The notes under the pieces are model-generated. The model had not been told where the DNA came from. It did no database searches and worked only from the letters and a program-made list of their open reading frames with translations. Below, in pieces: positions 26,898-39,220 of a stretch of 64,000 nucleotides of DNA (the stretch's first letter is position 1; every line of letters begins with the position of its first letter). Made by a program: the position numbers and the translations under genes. The DNA is from Octopus sinensis (lineage: Eukaryota): NCBI RefSeq assembly GCF_006345805.1, contig NC_043001.1, positions 52,080,001-52,144,000 of the forward strand, in the 5' to 3' direction.

Positions 26898-28199
26898 TAA
26901 ACAGTAATTTAATATTAAACCTTTTAATGCTTTCATAAGGATTGCGATTATAAAACGTTACTTCTATTCTAATTCTAATTATGATAATTTCAAAGTACTT
27001 TGCTGGACCTGCGTAACATACTCTAGATTCTATGTGTGATTATCACTATGCTCGTATGAGTAGTGTCTGTCCGCAGTTATCTGAAGTGGTTTCTTCTAAG
27101 TGTTTTAAAAATTCTATGATATGAAAGCGAAAACTGTTGTCTAGATAGTTTGTAATAATACAGTGCTATTTAACAGAACATTTGAATAAATACTAATACC
27201 ATCTGAAAATCTTTACATTACAGGGAATGCAATGTTTTGAATATTTTGATAGTGTAAAAAATGTTAGCTTAACCGTATTTATATATTAAAATCAATTCAA
27301 TTTATATATTGTAGATTGATGTTGTTCTGATTTCTCTGTTGGGATGAATAATTCGTGACTTATGAAACAAAATATAAGTTTGCTATCCTTGTTTTTTTTA
27401 GTACCTTTACGTGCATCTTATATAGATTTTAAATGAATTGGTTACTTTCTTCAAGAAAATAATATACGAGACAATATCTTGACTCATTACATTCGTATAA
27501 GTCATGCAATAAAAACATAACATTCGAAACCAAATAAATAATATAGTTAAACATAAATTTATATAAAAACTCCAATAAAATTCATATATTTTTGCAGAAA
27601 CTTATGTATGAAATGTCCTGAAAAATTCGAGACTTGAGAAGTTGAAAATGTAAACAGTTTACGTTTAGTTTCTGACTCAGACACAGTTTTGAATTTATTT
27701 TACTTGTTCATCATTGTTTATTTGATATTTATTGATTTGTATTTATGTTCTGTATATTTTTATAATTTCGTTTCCTCCCTCGCTCGCTGTTTATATTCTA
27801 TGCATCTTATTCTTTCTACCATTTTCGTTTATTTTTCTATATCATTAACGATATATTAAGTTACTACTATTATATATTTTTGATGTGAGGAACTATGTAC
27901 ATTATTTACAATGGACTGATAGGTGTCCTCTCCTTGTTTGTTGTTATCACAATGTTTCAGCTTTCATCAGGTGTTCTGGTGGAATTTCGAACCCAACCCT
28001 TTATTTGACTTATGGGGTACACTGTTCTCATTCCTAATGCAATTATGAATGCAGATATGAATGTAATATGGGATCCAGAGCTTGTTTCTTACATAGATCC
28101 AAGGCTCCTTCACTGGAATTGAATTTCAAAATCAACAACAGAGTATATTTGTTTGTGTGTATGCTTATGTGCAGATTTGTATGTCTTGTTTTATGTATG

Positions 28200-28805
28200 T
28201 ATTTTCATGCATATAGGTGCCTATCTAGAATACTCATATATATTCAAATGATAAATTTCTGTTAAGTTTTACAGATTTTTATGTGGTTTGTGAATCAGCT
28301 TTCTCCTTTCTGGAGTTGAGAAGCCTAATTCTCAAGATTGGTATTTAGGCAGTGTTTTACATATCTCAGGTCCCAAATAATTACAAGTATAGACCTAAAG
28401 TTGTACTCTGGATAGAGTAAATGCAGATTTAGTAAAAGTTCATCGTAGATATTCTCTTTTTCACTGATCTCCAACTTTATGTTAACATCCACTGGTCAGC
28501 TAATTTCCACAACTGTACACAGTTTCTCTTCTCTATCCTAAATCATTATATCAGATCTGTTATGCTTACATTTTATTGAGTTCTTCACTACATCATTCCA
28601 CCAGTATCCCTTTTTTATTATGAGTGGCTATGGCTTATACCATACGGTGGGCTCTTATTTCTTTGTCCTCGGGATTATCCTTCCGATGGATTGCATTATA
28701 GTGTCCTAGCTACAACGTCATATCTCATCGGTAGATAATATCGTGATGACAATTTCGGACAACTGGTTATGATGTGAGTTGCCACTCCAGCCCCACATGG
28801 ATAAA
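28200..28805 (-). mobile_element. Dong/R4-like RLE LINE 3' fragment
   Basis: HIITSCPKLSSRYYLPMRYDVVARTL, KKGYWWNDVVK, KCKHNRSDI, CTVVEIS.PVDVNI..ISEKENIY. Confidence 0.8.
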
Positions 28806-28821
28806 TAAACACATACATCCC

Positions 28822-28823
<2 letters not shown>

Positions 28824-28871
<48 letters not shown>

Positions 28872-31396
28872 AGTAATCCCATTCACACCAATTATATGTA
28901 TACAATTATACACACTTGAATAATACATACTAGCCCTAAATACTGAACATACTAATAATCACCAACTAACCACCATCACAAATGAAACCCACACCCATAC
29001 TATGACAAAACTCCCCCATACCCTATTTACACCTACATAGTAATCCCAATATATTCTTCCATACATGGACGCAAGTGCGTGAAGCACATGAACATAATTA
29101 GTACGTACAACCCCTAATACACACTAATATATACGTATCAAGCTCGACCTCCACAGTGATAAGTTTACACACAATCACACCCAGATGGGTGAATTGCACA
29201 ACCAGTGAATGCTCACACATACGGGCGCGATTACATTGTTGCATATATCGAGCCAAAATAGTATGCATATGTACATGTGAGGGGTACACGTAAATGAAGT
29301 GAGTGTGTACCCCCTGTTTTATTATACCCGTGCGTGAATATACAATGGAGACTACCACACAGGTACAATGTGTTTAGAAATGGGAACCCCATCACTACAC
29401 TTAATGTATACTCTCACCCATCCGCACGGATGTGTAAGTGTATCTCCGGTGTATATGTGAGGCTTATATGTAGAGTTGTTGAAGTGAACGTCGTTGAAAT
29501 TGTGAATGAATGGGTAGAGTTGGGAATTGTAACCGGGTGGTGGACTAGTGTTGCTTGGAATTGTGAATGGATTAGGGTGGTAATGAGGTAGGCATTGAGT
29601 ATGGGTTACTGTAAGTTGTTTGTTAGAGTTGCTACGGTGAGCTAAAGCTCATAATGTATATAATTGATTTTTCATGATAGTTTTTAATGAATCCATTCAT
29701 AATAAATTTTTTTTAAGTAGCGTTGTGTTTGCTACGTGGAAATAGTTTTTAGTTCCATTATTATATTTCTCCATTCATACTATGAATGACGTTTACTTTC
29801 TATGGCGCGTATTCTTTTTTTACATTAGTTATTTCCTTGGTAACGTAATTTTGTTTGGTTTTTTAACGGCTAAAAATCTAATTTCACTTCATAATTGTAA
29901 CTGAATTGTAAGTATGTATTTGATTTATCCTTATGTCATAATGTTATTTTTGATATTCTGGTTAATTACGATGTATTTATTGTTGTTTTCATAAGAGTGT
30001 TTATGTATATGAGATTGGTGTGAGTTTTTAATTGTATAATTAATTTATTATCTGTATGAGTGTGGGTGTAAATATTGTTGTATATATCGAGTTTAGTGAG
30101 TATGTATATGCGTATATGTGAGGGAGCATATGTATCTGTTGTGTGTGTGTGTTTTGCGTGTGTGTGTGTTTTGTGTGTGAATATGTATTTGGGTTTGTTA
30201 TTTAGGATTTGGGATGTATGTGTTAATTTGTCTGTGTGGGGAGGGAGTGGTTTTTGGTGTATATTGAGGTTTATAAGTTAGTATAGGTTTGTGTATAAGT
30301 CTTGGGTCTGTGGTTTACGTGTGGGTTTTTTGTGTGTGAATGTTTAGGTTAGGGGGATTGCTATATAAGTTTGTTATAGGGTTTAGCAAAGGGAGATTTT
30401 ATCGTTATATGCTTTTATGAGTTTTGGTTTATCATGGTTTTTTTTAGGTAATTTGTGGTATTTTGTATATTTTAGGTGTTGGTTATTTTTTTACATTGTT
30501 TCATTCATAATTTTTGAGTGGTGTTCGTTTTGCCACGTGAATAACCGGGTGGTGGACTAGCGTTGTTTGGAATGTGAATGGAATAGTGTAGTAGTGAGGT
30601 AGGCATAGATAATGGGATTGGGTTACTGCAAGTTGTTTGTTAGAGATGCTAAGGTGAGTTAAAGCTCATAAATGTATATAATGTTTTTTGTGGGTGTGTA
30701 AGTATTGTTGTATATGTCGAGTTTAGTGAGTATGTATAGGCGTATATGTGAGGGAGTATATGTATCTTTTGTGTGTGAGTGTTTTGCGTGTGAGTGTGTG
30801 TTTTGTGTGTGAATGTGTATATGGGTTTGTTATTTAGGTTTTGGGATGTATGTGTTAATTTGTCTGTGTGGGGAGGGAGTGGGTTTTGGTGTATATTGAG
30901 GTTTATAAGTTAGTATAGGTATGTGTATAAGTCGTGAGTTTGTGGTTTACGTGTGTGTATTTGTGTGTGAATGTTTAGGTTAGGGGGTTTACTTTATAGG
31001 TTTGTTATAGAGTTTAGCAAGGGAGATTTTATCGTTATATGTTTTTAAGAGTTTTGTTTTATCATGGTTTTTTTTAGGGAATTCGTGGTAATTAGTCTAT
31101 ATTTTCGATATGGATTATATATAGGTTATATATGGATTATATACTTATATTTTTTCATTTATACTTTAATTATTTAAAGTATTATTTTTATATTTTAAAA
31201 TTTTGATTTTTAGATTGGAAGTCCACCTGAAGATTGTCGATCAAGACAAGAAACGATTGTAGTGGCGGTTTTTTTGACTATTTATTAAATTTTATGTATT
31301 GATTAAGTCTTTCCTTGTTTGTTTTGCAAAATAGTGGTTTTGTCTCAAATAATATTTTATAATATTTTACTATAAAATTGGATTTAATCCTAAATC

Positions 31397-31437
<41 letters not shown>
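28824..31437. repeat. Complex G/T-rich repeat block with direct and inverted units, hammerhead motif near the right end; probably a Penelope-related terminal repeat
   Basis: 30060-30470 repeated at 30690-31100; 29530-29665 repeated at 30545-30685; diverged inverted unit near 28990-29050; A45 at left, T38 at right. Confidence 0.65.
31223..31265 (+). ncRNA. Type I hammerhead ribozyme motif
   Basis: CCAC-CUGAAGA-UUGUC(GAUCAA)GACAA-GAAA-CGAUUG-UA-GUGG. Confidence 0.65.
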
Positions 31438-31467
31438 CCCTGTAAATTGGATATATTCCCTAATATT

Positions 31468-31560
<93 letters not shown>

Positions 31561-31994
31561 TTGTGTGTGTATGCGCGCGCACTTATATATGATTCAGAGC
31601 CCACTTGTACGATCCAGATATGCTCAATATAAAAAACATGTATATGATTTGAACTTGCATTCCAAAATGTTTATCGAAGGCTAAGTCCGCAGGGTAAAAG
31701 TGGCTATAAGAGAAATGTATGTGAGCTGATATAGTGATAATGATGCAAATAAACACGCTTGGGATTGATATATAAAATATACATAGGTAAATACATGTAA
31801 ATATATAGGAAGAAAGTGAAAGAGTGAGAAAGAGAGACAGAGAGAAACAAAAACTGAAAAATATCTGGAAGATTAGCATTCATGTATTAGCATATAGATA
31901 TTTATATAATTACAGAATAGATATAAATGGAGTACAAGAAATACTGAAAATATCAGGGGAGAGGGCTTGGTATTTCAGGTTCGACAGCTGATTT

Positions 31995-32229
31995 GGGACT
32001 CAGAATTACGTAATAGTAGTAATTTGGCAGATGGAGTGTGCAAAACAGTCAAGAGTGTGCGACCAACAATCGACACCTCTCCACCAATCTCCCATGCCGA
32101 TCTCTACACTCTGAAGACGGCGACTGGATTTACGGTAATGTTTATATGCCCTCACTACAGGCTGCATATCTTCGATATTTTGCAGGCTCCTACTACCGAC
32201 ATTACAACTATTTCGTAATTCTGATTCCC
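31995..32229. mobile_element. MITE-like element with ~33-bp imperfect TIRs (GGG...CCC ends)
   Basis: gggactcagaattacgtaatagtagtaatttgg vs reverse complement of right end gggaatcagaattacgaaatagttgtaatgtcg. Confidence 0.7.
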
Positions 32230-35200
32230 TAGTAGCAGACATACCATGCTGATTCCCTTTATTCTTCTTGCATTCCATGTAAATCTGTTTTGCAAATATA
32301 AAAAATATCTGTATGCATATTCATTTTGAATATTTCTAGCTCTTGTGTATCTCTCTCTATATCCCTATATATTTATTTACATGTATATACGTATGTAGAT
32401 TTTATATATCAAGCCCAAGCGTGTTTATTTCTTTATTTGCATCATTATCTCTATACTGATATACGTGTAAATATAAATAAATTCATATGCACAGATATAT
32501 ATGAGTGCGTTTCTGTGTGTGCGCCCACGTATACTGTACGCCTGTAAGTCAGCGAGCTTGTTACGTTTTGTACATGAGTGTGTATAGCTACTGACATCAC
32601 ATACGAATAATTAAATATCTAATATGAATCTAAGTAGATATTTATAATATATATTTTTAGTTTCGAAAATTCAAGTTATATGATTTAAATGTGATAAAGT
32701 CTATGAAAGATTCTTTAAGTTTTGCTGAATTTTCTAAGAGATTTCATGATATTTATTTATTTCTGCTCGATTTCGTCGAAAACTAAACTCAAAGGAAATG
32801 GTATTTGGTTCACTGTTTATATTGATTTAGTTCAATAGACATTGTGCACGTTAGTGTACAATCATTTTATATAATGTAAACATTACATATTTTATGAACG
32901 TAATAAAGTATATAAACATTATATACTTGACGGCACACTCAAACTTCTTAATATCTTTGTGGAGCATTAAAAAATAAAAATAAAACGATATGTTCGAGAG
33001 ACATTAGATAATTACCTGGAGGTTATGAATAAATGTTTTGCGAATGATATAGCATAAACAGCCATGCCCATTCAAACAATAAAAGCAGTAAGAACAATAA
33101 AGGTTGCGTGGATGCCTTTAGTTGGCTGCTCGACTTGATAACAAATGTCTTTCAAAAACAGTTTAACTAAAGAAGGGTCCAATATAGTTCTAGATATATG
33201 AATACTTCTGAACATTAAAAGAAAAATAGAAGAAAAGCAGCAGCATAGAAAGGAGAAAAAAAGAAAACCAGCATATCAATTACAATGTTATTATAACTAC
33301 AAACAATAATAAGAGTATCTCGATGGATGTTTTGAGGAAAACATGATTAATGCAATCAATCCAAATATCTGTTCTTTATAGGAATCTGATTACTTTGTCA
33401 GTAGTTGAAACCTATGGTACAAGAAAACATAATACCGGAATGTGTGATTAGGAATTTCATGTTTTCCTATTGCGTACCATATTATTGTTACTGATATTCA
33501 CAAGGCTAGAAATATGTAAGGTAATAGTAAACGAATTATCTAATCAATAGACTGAATTTTCAAAAATAGTTTTGGACACAAGCAATGGTGCACACGGTAT
33601 ATCTAATAGAGAAGCATGTTTTGTTTTGAAAATTTCTTTGCAAAATATGTTGGTGTTAGGGGTTGAGTATAAAATCTGACATGAAGTTACCTGAACATAT
33701 GAATAAAATTATAAGCATTGTAGTTCAATAACTGCTTGTACTTGAAAAAAACAACAACAAAACAGCAACAATTAAAATATCTACCGAGTTAGATTTAATC
33801 TGACTACATATGATTTCTTTGTGTTCGTTGGCTTAGTTATGGTTCTGTCTTAAAAAGTTTCGTGAGTGTTTACTTGAAAATTTCACTTACTTTCATGAAT
33901 TTTCTTTGTTATTAGATAATTATCTGTTGTATGGATTTGTAGATTAACGTTCTTTTTTTACAGACACTTTTCAGATTTTATAACCAACTTCCAGATTACA
34001 CTTCACATTTGAATTCTAATTCTTACAGATATAGTGAAACACTTGATTACTGATAACAGTGATGTCTTTGAAATAAGATGTTGACAGTCATCTTGCACAG
34101 ACGTTTTCGTAAAGAGAAAAGTATGAAGACATATTTCTCACAGGAGCAAATATCCATGGCTGTTTTTATTACTTCTCGTGTAGGCAGAGGACTTCTACTG
34201 TTCGAAATTGTTTTCCTATTCTTAGACGCCACACTATTTCCTGCACCTCCCTCAGCATTTCTCAGCTTGTGCTCAAGTTAGGTTTTTGACTCTTCTATTT
34301 TTCTCGATACATTTACAGATGAGCATCTTTTTTATTTTATATTTTTCTTGCTGGGGAATACGATCAAATCCAGCTTGGCTAAGCAGTGCCAGTACCTCAA
34401 GCTGAAGTCAGTGTTGTATTATTATTATTATAGCAAGAATGGTTTCATAGTTTTCAGCAACAATTGTATAACAAAATAGACTTCACTTATCACATATGTC
34501 GGTTCTGGTGAAGTCTGCATTTAACTCGTATCAGTGCTTTGTTACAAATGTGACAACGAATTAGGGGACAGTGTTATCCCTAATAACTTCTATTGTAACT
34601 CCTGTGTTGCGCCATTCCAAGTATTGTGGTAAGAGCCTCTGGGCAGGTGTCGGTCGCATCAAATAGGTCATATTTTCGCCTTGTCCTTTTTTTGATATGC
34701 ATATATTTCCATAATATCTGCCTGAAATGAAGGAAGATATGAAAGATGTGTTATTACACACATCGGCTAGGACTGCCTGGTATAAGCCTTTCGGAAGCAC
34801 GAGAAATCTCCTATGGTTTTTAAGATGCAGAAGTAAGTTGTTTGCATATTTTTCAGTACGATATAAGGTGTTGACGTAAAGATGCATTCCCGTGTCACAC
34901 AGCTCTCCCAGTAAGATTTTTCTCCGCCACATAATTCATATTGAGGGCACCTCTGTTTGAGGTTGCTGCAGCTAGAGAAGAAAAGCTAGAACATTTTCCT
35001 TGTTTTTTAATTAGAAATCTTCATTCATTTCTTTTCTTGGAAAAAATGTCCATATGTTATTACTGCTGTTATTATCGAAATTCTGTAGTTTATATTGTTG
35101 AAAACAATAATTGCTGCCAGATATTTATTACTTGCTTACTTTTGTGAAATATACGTTTTTTTTTGCTGAGAATTGAATTTTCCTCGTATTACTGTCTGCA

Positions 35201-35494
35201 AAAGTATATGTGTTTACGTTCTAATATTTTGGGGATGTTTTTAAGTGCGAAAGCAATTTCTTCTTACAAGTGATAGAAAAGTATTTTTCCTCACAGATTA
35301 AAGTCTGTTTTCCCTAAAACGGAGAAAAGTTCCCACTTCTCCATTTAGAAGATTCGCAATAAAAGCGTTCCTCCACATAGATTAATTTTTTTAAAATACC
35401 GATCTAGGAGAGCTAGGCGAGCCATAGCTGTCGTTTTCAAACCATCATAACCATAACAGTAGAAGTAACAACAGCAACAGCAATAATAATGGCT

Positions 35495-35878
35495 TCAAAC
35501 TTCGGTCACAAAGCCAGTAACTTCTTGAAGGGTTTAAGTCGATTGCATCGACCTCCTAGTACTTATATTATCGACTCTAAAATTATGGAACTCAAACACG
35601 ATCTCGGTGGAATTTGAACTTAGATCATAAAGGTGGACGAAATACCACCAAGCATTTTCCCCAGCGTGCTAACGATTCTGCTAGCTCACCGCCTTAACAA
35701 TAGTAACACTAATAGTTTCAAATTTTGGCACAACTGGTATACTTTTTTTTATCGATCGCGAAAAGATGAAAGACAAAATCGACATCGGTGGAATTTCAAC
35801 TCAGAAAGTAAAGACTGACGAAATGCCGCTAAGCACTTTGCTCGGCGTGCTAACGATTCTGCCATCTCGCCGGTTTAA
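35495..35878 (-). mobile_element. Two tandem SINE family B copies
   Basis: Two gcgtgctaacgattctgc..ctc(a/g)ccg heads at ~35670 and ~35850. Confidence 0.8.
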
Positions 35879-37974
35879 TCCTTTTTATAACTGCTACCAA
35901 GGATCTTTCATGCATACACAATAATGTTATCCACAAGGTTGTAAAATAAATTGGGATGGGCAAAATTTTATAAAAACCAGGGAAAGTTTAAAGATATAAT
36001 ACAATTCACTATATAAAGAGATATTAAAATAATTGAATGAATTAAACACAGAATAAAACATACAATTATATAAAAACGTACAGTAATTAAAAAAGATATA
36101 AAAATAACGAGAAATGTACATTTACAGTCACTCAATCAACACGATCCTATGAGCTAAATGATATTACCATGTGTCTGCTCGCCAGCTACTCGTATTCGTC
36201 TGTGCTGAGTCCTACTTAAGACTTGGATACAACTGCCAATAGACTGCAACATAGTTTGCAGGTGCGGTCTGTACCCTTTTGTTCATGAACCAGCAACTTT
36301 ATGATTTCGTTTTCTTTGGAAACCTATCAATTCAGTATAGTTGTTCTCAGTACTGTGAGCTTTAAATCTGCGAGGGGAATAGGCTTCTCAGTTCTGGTTT
36401 CTTCTGATGTAGGGATTGATTTCCCTTCGCCTGTTCGCCTTATCTTGGGGCTGACATTTCTTCGTAGTGGTAGTGAGTGTGTGTGTGTGTATGTGTGTCT
36501 CGTTTGTGTTATTAGTGTTAATTCCTCTACATATTACCTTCATTTCCTTTTATGCTTGTTATATCCAGAGAAGAGGACAAAACTAATTTTTATGGATACC
36601 GTGATATTAAAATGTTCTCTGGACTTTAAAAAATCCTCAAAATCTGAAAAGAAAGTAAAAAATAAATAAATAAAAATTCGAAAAGTTAGGCAGATTTAGA
36701 AATCCTTGGAGAGAATATCATACAGGTGATGAGAAAATCTGCGATATACAAATTCTTGAATATTAACGATTAAAACAGTGTGCATGAATATGAAAGTTGC
36801 AATAACAAGAATGAAAAATAATATTCAGTCAAATTATAAAAAAAAAAGACTCATCTCACTAAGAATAAAACTACGTGCTATTAACACATTTTCAGTATCA
36901 TCTATAACATGAATCTCCTGTAATATGAGAATGAAACATAAACATAAATTATATAGATCGTAAAATGAGAAATCGAATAAAAGAACATCCCATACTGACA
37001 CACAATGACTATGCACCCCTTTAAAGAAGTGGTAAGGGATTATTGAATATCAGGTGTAAGTTTAAGAAGGTAGTTGTTAATATTGCTCACAACTTTCCCA
37101 TTAAAATATATTGGTGCGTGCTTTTGTTAACTATGGCCGTAAATATGGTAGGAAATCGATTATATCCACAGCAAAAATAATTCTCATACGAAATTGGATC
37201 AGATTGAAAAATCTGAAGTCTAAGGCTAAAGGAATACCGAAAATAGATATACTGGTGGCATATAAATCAACAGTGGTGAATAACCATAAAGACAAGCCGA
37301 ATATTTCTTATACTTCTTTGAACTGCATTCCATATACATAAATAAAACAATATCTTTGGCTTGGTTCAACAAATTCATTCTGAATGGGGCAACAGAAGCA
37401 ACGTATCTGCGATAAAAGTATAGACCATCACCACAACATATAATGAAAAGAATATCCACAAATCCTGTAATATAAATGATAGATGTCTTATATATGTTGT
37501 ACTGTTTGAAACAATACAACACATTGCATCGGGATATAATTTGAGAAAATATGCTGAAGTTATTCTACAAAGTCCAGTAACTTAATGTTAAGGCTGCAAA
37601 GAAAATTCTTGTGGCGTTGATATAAATATCAGCTTGTATTAGAAAAGAATAATGCTAAAGTTAGCATGTATAAAATTCCGCGTATAGCAAACTATATGCC
37701 ATGTTCATGAATTAAATGAATGACTATAGTGTTATTATCAACATAGGAATACCATATTATTATGAAGTTGTGAAGATACGGACAATAAAGCTCATATCTA
37801 ACTAAGCAGTTCAGCCTGGAACCTTATACCGGTTAAACACTGATCAGCCAAATCGAAATTAGTTCAAGTTGATCGATACACGATTGCATTCATAAGAGAT
37901 TAAATTACCGTTGAGGATAAGCGTAGATACATTCTAGGAAATATTCATTTTAGGGTCTGTAAATATTAAGGGGG

Positions 37975-38115
37975 GAATTCACCAAAAAGAAAATAAAAGA
38001 CGAAGACAGGTGGTGTAGACACGGGAAGTGAAAAAGTCTTTAACGTTTCGAGCCTACGCTTTTCCACAGAAAGGAACACAGAAATAAACAAGGAGAGAAA
38101 ATAAAGAATGTGTAA
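37975..38115 (-). repeat. Penelope-like terminal-repeat fragment with degenerate hammerhead
   Basis: Minus strand: cttt-ctgtggaa-agc gtag gctc-gaaac-gtt-aaag. Confidence 0.5.
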
Positions 38116-39059
38116 ATATTAAGGAACTCTCGCATAACAGTTGTTAAATAGAACTTTCCCGCTCACCTTGAAAATGCATAACACTTTATGGAGTATTCTG
38201 AAAATAATCTAGTTACATTCACCCTTTTCTTCGAATTCCGAAATTTTATCGCTAATCATTACATCAATTTAAATATTTGATTGGGACTTATTTTATCGAA
38301 TGCGTGAGATTGAACGGAAAACTCTACTCAATCATTATTTTAATTCGTAGAAAGATAATAAATATGTACTTTATTGCTTTTATATCCAATCTTCCATATG
38401 TTAATAAATTATAATGTCTTCTAACATACGCAGAAGGTCTCACATGTTCCTGGCATTGTATAGTCATTTTAATCATCCAAAATTTTTGAATATTTATTAT
38501 TATACTTACATCCTGGAAGAATGAAAGGGAATATCGATCCCTGAAAATTTGAACTGGCAACGCAAAATGACGTATCGAAAACATTATTTTATTATTCTAC
38601 CGAGTCTATGACTCACATGTCAGGAAATCATATTAAATCTATTAGTGACTCATAACATAGGTATAAAATCAATAATTTGTAAACATCTGCGTATAGTCAG
38701 TTCATCGAATGTCATGTATTACTGATAATTATTTTGTAGTTACCAACAGAAGCAAACGTAAAACGGATGAATATCAACAGGCAGTTGAAAATGACTAATA
38801 TAAAGAATCATTTCACTCCTTATATTTTTTACTTGCTTCTGCTATTAAACTGAGGCATCGCATTGAAGTGTTTAGTGGTCAAATAGAGCTTAACTCTTAT
38901 TCTGATACTTATTCTAGTGGTTTCTTTTTACAGAAATGTTCAATATTATGACGCAAAATCCTAATGACTTTTGTCAACTCAAATAGAAATATAGAAGATG
39001 CCCACCAACATACATAAACACACACATGTACACACAAACATAAATTTATATGTATGTCT

Positions 39060-39220
39060 GTGAGTATATGTTTACATACGTATACAAGGGGCTTGCTCAT
39101 AGTTTATGTATAGTAAATTCACTTAAATGACCTTGGTCAGCCGGGGTTATAGCAGAAGATAATTACGAAAGATGCTACGCAGTAAGACTGAACTTGAAAC
39201 TGCATATCGGCGAACTTTTT
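39060..39220 (-). mobile_element. SINE family A head, degenerate
   Basis: ttggtcagccggggttatagcagaagat..gcagtaagactgaac. Confidence 0.55.

Noticed and set aside
37090-37470. GPCR TM3-like peptide LWLFTTVDLYATSISIFGIPLALDFR on the minus strand
   Set aside because: No DRY, no neighbouring TM2/TM4 motifs and stops on both sides; hydrophobic frames are common in T-rich DNA
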